NCBI GenBank assembly: GCA_903902315.1
Contig: CAIUUK010000038.1
Coordinates: 1 to 43,820, forward strand
Direction: 5' to 3'
Source: an uncultured bacterium
GTDB taxonomy: Bacteria > Patescibacteriota > Minisyncoccia > Phycocordibacterales > PALSA-1337
Length of the DNA stretch: 43,820 nucleotides
Shown here: in pieces, positions 8,970 through 17,641 of the stretch
Position numbering within the stretch: position 1 is the stretch's first letter
Layout: each line of letters opens with the position of its first letter
Position numbers and translations under genes: made by a program
Notes under the pieces: model-generated
Database searches by the model: none
What the model was told of the DNA's origin: nothing
The model's input: only the letters and a program-made list of their open reading frames with translations

Positions 8970-10205
8970 TTACATCGAAATATTAAGTGAACTTATTTGA
9001 GATTTCAATGAAGTGCCATTTGAAACAAGTTGTTGGTACATGGTTTGATCAGTTACAGTTGTTTGTGCAGATTCCAAAGCCTGATCAATATTACTAAGCG
9101 ACAAAGTTTGGGCATATTGAACATCCGCTTCTCTGCTACCGAAACTTAATGGTGTGGCCAACCAAGTATTAAAGGCAGTTAAAGCACCCCAAACAAAGCT
9201 TGAACTACTAGCTCCAGGGTTATTGTAGTTAGTAACCACGGCATCGTAATAACTTAGCCAACTGTCCATGATCAAGTTTACTCTTGCTGCTTGAGCGTAA
9301 TTTTGCAGTGTAGATTGATCACCAGGGGTCAAGCCGGCAGAGTTTCGTGCGTAGTAGGAGTTTATATTTGCTAAATTTGTTGTATAACAACTTTGTGCTC
9401 CAGTACTTGCTGTTGTTCCGCAAGCCGCAACATAGCCGTCTAGTACCCCTTCTCTAGCTAAAAGAGTTGTACTACTTTGTAGGTTCGTTTGTTGGTTTTG
9501 AACATTATAATAGGAATTACAAGCATCAGTTAAAGCTGGATCTGGATCAACACCTATATCAGCCTGACTCGAACTATTATCTGCACATATAGTATCAATA
9601 CTATCAGAGTCACTTGCTCCAACTAGTTCACGAATTGTTGCTGCATTAGAGTCGGTTTGTGTTTGAAGTTGAGCGATTTGAGCATTATTAGCTGCCAAAG
9701 TATCTCTTACTGCTGATTGATCAGTATTATATGAAGTTATTTCACTTGATGCTCTTGATGCCAAATCAGCGATTTGATTTGATGCTGTCAACCCCAAAGG
9801 TGCCACTAAACTAGCTGGAATATTTACAAACCTTGGATCTATTGTTTTTAATATGAGATAGGACGAAAGAACTAAAAGTAGTCCATATATGGCATTTTGT
9901 ATTCTCTTTAAACCCTCAGTCTTGCCTTGTACTGCATCACTGGTCATATATTCAAAACCACCCCAAGTTATTTCAAAGACTGCAGCCACTGCACCAAGTG
10001 CTATGAGTAGATTGAAAATATACTGGACATAATCTTTAAAAGATACGCTTTTTGCTATAGTAAGACTCGTTCCACTGATATTTGGTAGAGGTGCAAGCGG
10101 TGTATAGTTATCTGAAATAGCTGCGTGAGCCCCAAGTATGCCACCTGAAGTAATGATAACAAAGAGTGCAACTGAGACGATTATTTTTTTATAGGATAAT
10201 TTCAT
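8970..10205 (-). CDS. VirB2/TrbC-like T4SS pilin domain fused to a ~270-aa A/S/T/Q/N-rich C-terminal extension
   Basis: A signal/TM segment is followed by a YTPLAPLP motif and two hydrophobic helices flanking FEITWGGFEYMTSDAVQGKTEGLKRIQNAIYGLLLVLSSYLILKTIDPRF. This is the pattern of the CPR/Gram-positive T4SS pilin family. Confidence 0.65.
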   Translation of the reverse strand: MKLSYKKIIVSVALFVIITSGGILGAHAAISDNYTPLAPLPNISGTSLTIAKSVSFKDYVQYIFNLLIALGAVAAVFEITWGGFEYMTSDAVQGKTEGLKRIQNAIYGLLLVLSSYLILKTIDPRFVNIPASLVAPLGLTASNQIADLASRASSEITSYNTDQSAVRDTLAANNAQIAQLQTQTDSNAATIRELVGASDSDSIDTICADNSSSQADIGVDPDPALTDACNSYYNVQNQQTNLQSSTTLLAREGVLDGYVAACGTTASTGAQSCYTTNLANINSYYARNSAGLTPGDQSTLQNYAQAARVNLIMDSWLSYYDAVVTNYNNPGASSSSFVWGALTAFNTWLATPLSFGSREADVQYAQTLSLSNIDQALESAQTTVTDQTMYQQLVSNGTSLKSQISSLNISM

Positions 10206-10208
10206 ATA

Positions 10209-11267
10209 TTATAGTGTTACTGGTGTTGAGGATGACACTGAACTGACTGCGTCAAAATTAACATTAAAACTTGCATCACCACCTTGGAGAATATTATCAA
10301 TTCCTTGGGCATTTAACTCAACATTCGCTGTTCCTGCTACCCCATCAGGTGAGCGTAGAACAATTGATGAATTATTTGCGAGTTCTGGATGAGATGAGCC
10401 ATTAATCATCCAATCTAATGTTAAAACTTTTGAAATATCATTGGAGAAATTAAAACCAAAAAGCGATGCAAATATTTTTGCTTCTTTTTGTGATCCTATA
10501 TGGAGTGTGCCAGTTGTCGCTCTGTTGAAGTATGGCCCATATAAAGGATCGTTGTTATAAAAAGTAATCGAGGGTGATGTTGGACTTACTTGTATGAGAC
10601 TTTGACCCTGAGCAGAGCCGTCACGAGTACTAGCGGTCACGATGATGTTGTATGGTCTAGGTATGATGTCCCCAGTTAATGATAAAGACTGTTTTCCGTA
10701 TCCAGATTGATCCTGAAATACAGTTCCGTCATCTTTTTTCCATTGGTATATGAGTGATGTCGGATCATATTCCTTACCAGAAGTGTTTGAAAGATGAGGA
10801 AGCGCAATAATTTTTACAGTGTTTTGAACTACGAAAGGTATTTTTCCATTGAAAAAAGGAGGAGTATAACCGTCTGTTTCAATAATTGTATCAATTGAGC
10901 CAGAACCAATAACTATTGAGCTATTGTAATGTTGTCCATTTGTGGTGATAACATTTACATCAATCGTCTTTTTTATTCCAAGTGAAGGAGCTTTTACATC
11001 TAATGTAGTTAAACCTATACCCTTTTGTACTTGGTTACCATCAAAACTCCAGATGATAGTTGCTGAATCAATGTTGAAGCTATAGCTCGCAAGCGTAATC
11101 GTAACGGTTTGGCCAGGAACTGGATTATTGGATGATGCAGAAAGTGTGAGAGCACTAGTGCCACTAGGCATGGACTGCGCATGAACAAGGTCAGAAGGAA
11201 GCAAGAAGAAAGGAGTAAGGAAAATTACAAAGGCAACACTATAAATTACAAAACCAGATAATTTCAT
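10209..11267 (-). CDS. Secreted protein with repeated beta-sandwich (Ig-like) appearance; T4SS-like operon member
   Basis: ATG at 11267 gives the signal peptide MKLSGFVIYSVAFVIFLTPFFLLPSDLVHAQS. The rest is beta-rich and S/T/N/G-rich, with no family recognised. Confidence 0.6.
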   Translation of the reverse strand: MKLSGFVIYSVAFVIFLTPFFLLPSDLVHAQSMPSGTSALTLSASSNNPVPGQTVTITLASYSFNIDSATIIWSFDGNQVQKGIGLTTLDVKAPSLGIKKTIDVNVITTNGQHYNSSIVIGSGSIDTIIETDGYTPPFFNGKIPFVVQNTVKIIALPHLSNTSGKEYDPTSLIYQWKKDDGTVFQDQSGYGKQSLSLTGDIIPRPYNIIVTASTRDGSAQGQSLIQVSPTSPSITFYNNDPLYGPYFNRATTGTLHIGSQKEAKIFASLFGFNFSNDISKVLTLDWMINGSSHPELANNSSIVLRSPDGVAGTANVELNAQGIDNILQGGDASFNVNFDAVSSVSSSTPVTL

Positions 11268-11326
11268 TACATGTATTGTATCAATATTATGCAATGTTTG
11301 CGATGTGAGTTATTCACTAAATTGGA

Positions 11327-11803
11327 TTATACAGAACTAGGTCTACGACTATTGCCAGTATTGAGAGGTGTTTCAGCAACAGTGTTCACTTTCGAGCGTT
11401 CCATTTCTGAAGCACGCCTTCCATTTTCATTGTATTGTTGTCTCATAACTGAAATTTCTTGAGCCCGTTGATTTTTTAGTTGAGCTTCCTCCATTTTTAC
11501 TGTTCTGTGAATATACCAGATATCTACTACCCAAAATGAAGCTATACCACCAGTTAATTCATCTAAACCACCAATACCAACTAGAGATAGGATTCTTTTT
11601 GGTTGATGTATCATATCTACCCCACGAAATTGAAAATAGCCACCTATTAGAGTTCCAATAACTGGATCCGCAGCAGCGCTTATTATTTCAGGTGCTGCGT
11701 AAGCTTCAGTTAATAATAAATCACCTAAAATTTGAATTAAATCAATAATTCCAGTAATAGCATAAAGTGCAACCCATTCTTTTTTACTGATTTTTGAAGC
11801 CAT
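11327..11803 (-). CDS. Small membrane protein with basic/coiled C-terminal tail; T4SS-like operon member
   Basis: ATG at 11803 lies 4 nt after the VirB4 stop and gives MASKISKKEWVALYAITGIIDLIQILG.... It has 2-3 hydrophobic segments. The longer 11923 start overlaps virB4 and is unlikely. Confidence 0.55.
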   Translation of the reverse strand: MASKISKKEWVALYAITGIIDLIQILGDLLLTEAYAAPEIISAAADPVIGTLIGGYFQFRGVDMIHQPKRILSLVGIGGLDELTGGIASFWVVDIWYIHRTVKMEEAQLKNQRAQEISVMRQQYNENGRRASEMERSKVNTVAETPLNTGNSRRPSSV

Positions 11804-11807
11804 AATT

Positions 11808-13622
11808 TTAATTACCAGCTTGCTCCAACTGCCTCTTTGCGTCTTTGATATTGAGAACCTGTTGGGGATTGGTTGTGATGATTTGATCTTCTGTGTATGA
11901 ACCAATGACTTTGATGGCCACATGTTTCAAACCGACAAAGAATATTCCCTCTCCAACATCTGATTCAAGCAAAAGGTATTTTTCTTCATCTGTTAGGTTA
12001 AAGACTTTCTGAATATGGTCAATAACGGTTGGTGATTGTTTCAAAAGAATCTGAATAGATGAGTTTGTCACAATTGGCATACCATAAGGTGAGTTCAAGA
12101 AATCATCCACATCCTGAGTAATCGTTGAAAGACCAAGGAAATACTTGCGTCCTCTTTTTGCCAAACCAAATAGAAATGAAGCCGTATCTTCTGATTTCAT
12201 CATCCACCATGCTTCATCGATGACGAGGAGACGCTTCTTTAAATCTTTTCTGATGGAGTTCCAGATATAGTGTGTTACAAGATACATGGCAACTGGTTTG
12301 AGTTCATCCTCCATGTCGCGAAGTGAAAAGACAATGAATTTATTGTTGATATCAACATTTGAAGGCTTGTTGATAAATCCCGACCATGTTCCTTTGGTGT
12401 ATTTGCTGAGGCGTTGTACGAGACTATCCGCACCTTCCATACCCGCCAGAACAAGCTCAAAGTCAGACAAAAGAGGAGCGTCAACATTTCTAAAATCAGA
12501 GTCAGCCGTAATATCTTTTAAAGCGTAGGTTTCAGTAATAGCACGATCGATGATAGCGTCTTCTTCTTGTGATAAACCACCAAGCATAATACGGAAAAGT
12601 CCGACTAGGTTGATGATGTTTGATCGTAGAACATCAGCACTAGACTCATCTTCTCGAGCAATAGGTAAATCAAAAGGGTTGATATGGTGTTCAGAGTTGA
12701 GTGAAATGTTGAAATACTTACCACCCGTTGTTTCGGACATGTATTCGTATTCTTTTTCAGGGTCGATAACGATAACATCCACATCGAACATCAGTGTTCG
12801 AAGTATCTCTAGTTTGGTACAGTATGATTTTCCGGCACCAGCTGTAGCGAATGTGACAGAGTTATAGTTTGAAAGTGAAAAACGATCAAATAGAACAAGT
12901 GAAGAGTTATGGCGATTTATACCATAAAGAATACCTTTGTCTGAGGTTAGATCGAATGAAACAAATGGAAAAAGGCTTGAAAGTGGTGAAGAATTTAGCT
13001 TCGAATGGACTCCTAACTGGTCATCTGCTATTGGAATGACACTTTTGAAACCTTGTTCCTGTTGGAATAAAGCCGGCTTTAGGTATATAAGCTTTGCCTC
13101 TAGAATAGAACGGATTTCTGATTCAAGCTTATCAAGCTCATTCTCAGAATCGCCAAAGATAGTGATATAAACACCAACATCGAAAAGGTGCTCCTGAGCC
13201 TGCATGAGTTGGTCACGGAGCTGTTCGAGGTCTTGGTAGGCTGTATCTAGAGCTGGATCACGAACTAGGCCTTTATCTTCCCTGCGTGAAATCTGACTCT
13301 GGATTTCGGCTACTTTTTTTTGGAAATGGCGTAGAATTTTGGCTGTATCAACAGGATGAATAAATATAGAAATATCAAAAACTTTATCAAGGTTAATGAT
13401 CGGTGCAAACCAACTTTCATCTAAGAAGCGAGGATATGATATGACAAAAAGAGTTCGTCCAACCTTTTCACCCAAGTTTAATTCCTTTGGACTGACTTTG
13501 AGAGCTGAAGGAGCTATAACATCTTTGAGTTCAAGTACGCCAGCCTGATATATCTCTTCTGGAAGGATAGAGATAATTGGTGACTCATTTTTCTTTTTAA
13601 ATGGATTGCTGAAAATACTCAT
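11808..13622 (-). CDS. virB4: VirB4/TrbE/ConE-family T4SS ATPase (ATPase-containing part)
   Basis: 604 aa with Walker A FATAGAGKSY and Walker B RLLVIDEAWWMM. The N-terminal YPRFLDESWFAPIINLD segment is typical of VirB4 proteins. Confidence 0.85.
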   Translation of the reverse strand: MSIFSNPFKKKNESPIISILPEEIYQAGVLELKDVIAPSALKVSPKELNLGEKVGRTLFVISYPRFLDESWFAPIINLDKVFDISIFIHPVDTAKILRHFQKKVAEIQSQISRREDKGLVRDPALDTAYQDLEQLRDQLMQAQEHLFDVGVYITIFGDSENELDKLESEIRSILEAKLIYLKPALFQQEQGFKSVIPIADDQLGVHSKLNSSPLSSLFPFVSFDLTSDKGILYGINRHNSSLVLFDRFSLSNYNSVTFATAGAGKSYCTKLEILRTLMFDVDVIVIDPEKEYEYMSETTGGKYFNISLNSEHHINPFDLPIAREDESSADVLRSNIINLVGLFRIMLGGLSQEEDAIIDRAITETYALKDITADSDFRNVDAPLLSDFELVLAGMEGADSLVQRLSKYTKGTWSGFINKPSNVDINNKFIVFSLRDMEDELKPVAMYLVTHYIWNSIRKDLKKRLLVIDEAWWMMKSEDTASFLFGLAKRGRKYFLGLSTITQDVDDFLNSPYGMPIVTNSSIQILLKQSPTVIDHIQKVFNLTDEEKYLLLESDVGEGIFFVGLKHVAIKVIGSYTEDQIITTNPQQVLNIKDAKRQLEQAGN

Positions 13623-13625
13623 ATA

Positions 13626-14267
13626 TTATATTTGGATTGGTTTTTCTGTATCTCCGGGGTTAAAGATCTTGTAGAACAATTCTACCACTTCTTCGGTCCC
13701 AAGTTCAGCTGCTCTGATACCACAGCGCACTAATCCTTGTTCTACAACTGCCACTCTTTGCTCAATCTGACTACGATATTCTGCAAAACTTGAATCAGCT
13801 GATGCAGTCTTTCCTGCTTTTGATTTATCTCGTCCTGGCATCATGTTGGCGAGAGGGTTTTTACTACTACCTATGATTGGTGGATCATACGGTACAACTA
13901 CAAAGAAACTTTTTGACATAATGTTGGTGCTTTCCACAAATGACCTAACGAATTCAACATATTCCCTCACCTGTATCTTCATGAGGTCTGTCGTTTGTTC
14001 TTTGTAACGATTTTCCAAGAGAGCAAGATACGGTCTAATGTCGAGTTTTTTTGATTGAGCAAAGATTTGGATTGAGAAATCAAGAGAGTTTAGGAAGTTT
14101 TGGAATTCACTCAGAATAGCATTTTGTTCATCACCAGATTTTAGGGCAAAGTTGAGAGATGTGGCCAAAACAATAGAACGCATCGCTCCACTTTTTAGGA
14201 TGATGATACCATCACGAATTTCCTGTATTGGTATGAAGTCTTGAGTTGTTTGTTGTTTTTGAGCCAT
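13626..14267 (-). CDS. Protein resembling the N-terminal domain of Gram-positive VirB4 (ConE/Orf16-type); separated from virB4 by one in-frame TAA
   Basis: 213 aa. FIPIQEIRDGIIILKSGAMRSIVLATSLNFALKSGDEQNAILSEFQNFLNSLDFSIQIF matches my recollection of the N-terminal region of long VirB4 homologues. 213+604 aa equals a typical full-length VirB4. Confidence 0.4.
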   Translation of the reverse strand: MAQKQQTTQDFIPIQEIRDGIIILKSGAMRSIVLATSLNFALKSGDEQNAILSEFQNFLNSLDFSIQIFAQSKKLDIRPYLALLENRYKEQTTDLMKIQVREYVEFVRSFVESTNIMSKSFFVVVPYDPPIIGSSKNPLANMMPGRDKSKAGKTASADSSFAEYRSQIEQRVAVVEQGLVRCGIRAAELGTEEVVELFYKIFNPGDTEKPIQI

Positions 14268-14288
14268 TTTTTAATTTCTGTTTACGGG

Positions 14289-14723
14289 TTATTTTTGTTT
14301 CTTGCTTGAATATATACTCTCTTTTATGTCCAAACTCCATGCCAAGTCTTTGAGTTTACTGTCTGCTATCTTTGGTACTCCTAGAGAAGTATAGTTTTTT
14401 GCATCTTTTACAGCGGAACTCGTATCAACAGGTCTTGGTTTGTCAACTTTTTTCCAAATGTATAGTTTATTACCAAAATAATATTTGAATGCCGCTTCAA
14501 CCGCGTTAATTAGGGGTCTGTTATTGATTCTATAGAATGCTAGGGCTGATGATGCACTCATTATGACGATAATAGGTATAGCTGAAATCAATAAATTATT
14601 GAAGAAGGCATAGACAACAAAGGAAAGACCTGCTCCACCGGCAATAAAAATGAATTGCTTCAGAGTGAGTGGTCCGAAGATTTTGTCCTCAACTTCGATA
14701 AATTGCGGAACTTGAAAGCGCAT
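14289..14723 (-). CDS. PrgI-family (VirB3-like) T4SS membrane protein
   Basis: MRFQVPQFIEVEDKIFGPLTLKQFIFIAGGAGLSFVVYAFF followed by a second TM helix is the characteristic PrgI-family N-terminus. It sits directly upstream of virB4, as VirB3 analogues do. Confidence 0.7.
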   Translation of the reverse strand: MRFQVPQFIEVEDKIFGPLTLKQFIFIAGGAGLSFVVYAFFNNLLISAIPIIVIMSASSALAFYRINNRPLINAVEAAFKYYFGNKLYIWKKVDKPRPVDTSSAVKDAKNYTSLGVPKIADSKLKDLAWSLDIKESIYSSKKQK

Positions 14724-14742
14724 CGGTATTATTATACATCAC

Positions 14743-15321
14743 TTACTCAATTGGTTCACGGTACAAGTCTGAGGTCCTCGTTTTCTTTTCTACTGTAATT
14801 ACTGGACCAGACAGAAGGCGGTCAACCAAAGGTTCTGTGTTATTTGTCGCTTTAGCTGGTACAGGGTTTTCTATGTTCGATATTATGTCTTTTTTACTTT
14901 CAAGTCTGGAATTTGATCCATTGTTATCAACGTTTTCTTCTGATTCAACAGTGAAGTTCCCTGCTTGTTCCAATGATGATATAGCCTCATCTGTACGGTC
15001 TTTCTCCTCGAGTTGTCTCATCGAGGTGCGGATTTTTCCAAACACCTCTTTGTTCACATCTTCAGCGATAAGTTTTGCATTCGCCGCATCTATGCCGGTT
15101 TCACTTGAGAAATTCCTTACAAAATCTTTCGAAGGAGAAAGCCCAAGCATCACCTGTCCAACCAGATCAACCAATATGCCCTCTTGATCAACATGCAAAC
15201 CCCTATTATTTGCAATAGTGATGATACTATCGTGAATTTCTGCAGAAGTTACAGCATCTTTTACCTCTTGTGGAAGTTTTTCAAATTGAGCTTGTATTTG
15301 TTCAGCAGTAAATTTAAGCAT
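14743..15321 (-). CDS. Acidic cytoplasmic hypothetical protein; T4SS-like operon member
   Basis: 192 aa with no TM segment, helical N-terminal half and acidic tail. No family was recognised. Confidence 0.55.
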   Translation of the reverse strand: MLKFTAEQIQAQFEKLPQEVKDAVTSAEIHDSIITIANNRGLHVDQEGILVDLVGQVMLGLSPSKDFVRNFSSETGIDAANAKLIAEDVNKEVFGKIRTSMRQLEEKDRTDEAISSLEQAGNFTVESEENVDNNGSNSRLESKKDIISNIENPVPAKATNNTEPLVDRLLSGPVITVEKKTRTSDLYREPIE

Positions 15322-15337
15322 GTTAATGTTTGTTTAA

Positions 15338-17626
15338 TTAATGAGCATCTGGTGCTGGTTTAGGAGCACCTCCACCTCCGCTATTTCCAGCACCTTTGTC
15401 AAAATCAGCTTTAAACTTCTTGACCTCGTCGATGACTGCATTTTGTGCTCGAGCATCTTTTATTGCTTTGCCTGGAGATATTTGCTGTTGTAATTTCATT
15501 GATTTTTCCGCAAATTGTCTTTTTTGTTCAGCTAGCATTTCATTTTGATCATGTTTATCCTCTTCGAGTTTAACTTTATCAGCCTTCATCTTTTCAAGTT
15601 GAGTATTAAGAGTCTTTAATGTTGCTTCTTTTGTGGCGGTACTTGCACCATTCATTGCACCACCAGCTGTCTTTATTTCCTCAGAAACTTTAGCAATTTC
15701 TTTTTCATGGTTATTCATTGCACTAGCCAATGTATCGATTGAAGTGTTTAACCCACTTAGAGTCCTTTCAATATCATTTTTAATATTCAAGTTATTCAAA
15801 TTTTCTTTGTTAAGTTCAGTCGTTGCATCTTCCGAAGTCTTTATTGCCTTATCATCTTTTTTTTGCTTCGCTATAATTTCTGCTGCCTTACGGCCACCAA
15901 GATTCATTCCAAGTGTTCCTGGAGCAGATGCAACATTTCCTGCTGTAACACCTGCAAAGTTACCTATCACCGAATCCTTACCCATTTTCTTTTGAACAAT
16001 TTCAAGCGGTTTTGCTGCCAACTTCGAGGCCCCACTCATCATCTTACTCATAATTGTATCAGTTGTATTTGCGTGATATTTTTCAGCCTCAATTTTTGCC
16101 GCCGCCATTGCTCGATCAAGTGCAGTATTGCCATCCTTATCTTTTATCGTATTGTCATAACGAGTCTTATCAACATTTGAAATTCTCTTATATCCCTCTT
16201 CGTACTGTTTCTGACTAGCTGCTGCAACATCAGTAAATCCGCCTTTCTTTACTCCAAAGCCAAAGTTCGCGGCTTTACCAAGTTGTTTATCCAAAGCGTT
16301 TCCAATCGAAGGAGACCAAGCTGTAATCTTATTCATTACAGCACTGTTTTTGGCAATATGTGCCAATCTTCCTCCGGTATTTCTTCCGGCATAGCTACCG
16401 ACATTTTTCCAGATTCCATGGGCACCGTATTTCTTTGTATCAATCCACTCTGAAGCTAAGCCACCCATACTCATTGCAACTACTAATGGTACATTGAGCA
16501 AGAAAATGATAAAGAAATCATTTATAGCGAGAATAATGTAATTTTTTAGAAAATTTGGTGACAGTGCACCACTTGCTCCTGCTGTTGATAAACTTGTTCC
16601 AGCATTTGTAAAAACTGTACTTGATGAGAGAATTTCCAACGCCGCATATAAAAGCAAGAGATAAACAGGCATGAATATCAGCTGAGCCTTTAGTTGTTTG
16701 GTGAATTCCTTTGCTTTGTCATCAAGACCTGGCACAACCCACGAAGCAAACCATATTGGCGAAAACGCAAGTAGCAAGATCAAGATAATTAATCTCGCCA
16801 TAAATGCTAAAGATGCAAGCAGGAATGAGAGACCAATAACGAACATGATAATACATCCAACTAATCCTTGAACGATTATTTCCAATGGCTTTGAGGATGG
16901 TGTTGATGGAGATGCTGCTGTTGCTGGATTGTAAATTGCTTGGGGCTTTAATAATGTAAGAAATATGTCTGACATACCACCTTGTTTACCATCAAGCATT
17001 TGATTTGTTATGACACAACTGTTTACACTACCAGGCGCCTTACCATTCTGGCTGCAGTCTGTTTGGTATTGATTGGTTGACGATTTTGTTGGTTGAGAAG
17101 TATCAACAATACCGTGATATAGAGCAAGTGAGACCACATTTGAAGCATCTATGAGCATGCTCGTTATAAAGAAACTAAAATTAATCAGCACACCCGCTAT
17201 CACAATATTTTTTATGAGCGTCCCGGCTCCTCCAACAGTGTCAAAACCTAGGATGATTTTAAATGAAGCGTAGAGCAACATGAATATGATAAATATTCCT
17301 GAAATATCACGAATAGTTTGCCAGACTAAGTAAACTCCAGATGTACTGTCCACGAAATTTTTTATCTCAAGCGTCATCGTTATGGATACATTCAATAGGG
17401 CGCCAGTTAAAGTTACCCAGAGAGAGGTTATCGATAACGCCATGTTAGCTACCCAAGCTGCAACCAGAGCGAGAAAATCATTCATAGATTTTCCAAAAAT
17501 TGTATCAATCGCAGTACTCATAATACTACCGAAAATACTCGCATGTGCAAAATGCGCAGTCATGATCCACCCTACAATCGAGAGTGACGAGAGTTTTATG
17601 AAATTTGGTAAATATCTTTTAAACAT
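15338..17626 (-). CDS. VirB6/TrbL-like polytopic membrane protein with ~350-aa charged coiled-coil C-terminal tail
   Basis: 762 aa. The first ~400 aa contain at least 6 hydrophobic helices in a TrbL/VirB6-like arrangement. The C-terminal half is K/E/A-rich, coiled-coil-like, and ends GAGNSGGGGAPKPAPDAH. Confidence 0.6.
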   Translation of the reverse strand: MFKRYLPNFIKLSSLSIVGWIMTAHFAHASIFGSIMSTAIDTIFGKSMNDFLALVAAWVANMALSITSLWVTLTGALLNVSITMTLEIKNFVDSTSGVYLVWQTIRDISGIFIIFMLLYASFKIILGFDTVGGAGTLIKNIVIAGVLINFSFFITSMLIDASNVVSLALYHGIVDTSQPTKSSTNQYQTDCSQNGKAPGSVNSCVITNQMLDGKQGGMSDIFLTLLKPQAIYNPATAASPSTPSSKPLEIIVQGLVGCIIMFVIGLSFLLASLAFMARLIILILLLAFSPIWFASWVVPGLDDKAKEFTKQLKAQLIFMPVYLLLLYAALEILSSSTVFTNAGTSLSTAGASGALSPNFLKNYIILAINDFFIIFLLNVPLVVAMSMGGLASEWIDTKKYGAHGIWKNVGSYAGRNTGGRLAHIAKNSAVMNKITAWSPSIGNALDKQLGKAANFGFGVKKGGFTDVAAASQKQYEEGYKRISNVDKTRYDNTIKDKDGNTALDRAMAAAKIEAEKYHANTTDTIMSKMMSGASKLAAKPLEIVQKKMGKDSVIGNFAGVTAGNVASAPGTLGMNLGGRKAAEIIAKQKKDDKAIKTSEDATTELNKENLNNLNIKNDIERTLSGLNTSIDTLASAMNNHEKEIAKVSEEIKTAGGAMNGASTATKEATLKTLNTQLEKMKADKVKLEEDKHDQNEMLAEQKRQFAEKSMKLQQQISPGKAIKDARAQNAVIDEVKKFKADFDKGAGNSGGGGAPKPAPDAH

Positions 17627-17641
17627 CTGTATAATTATAAC

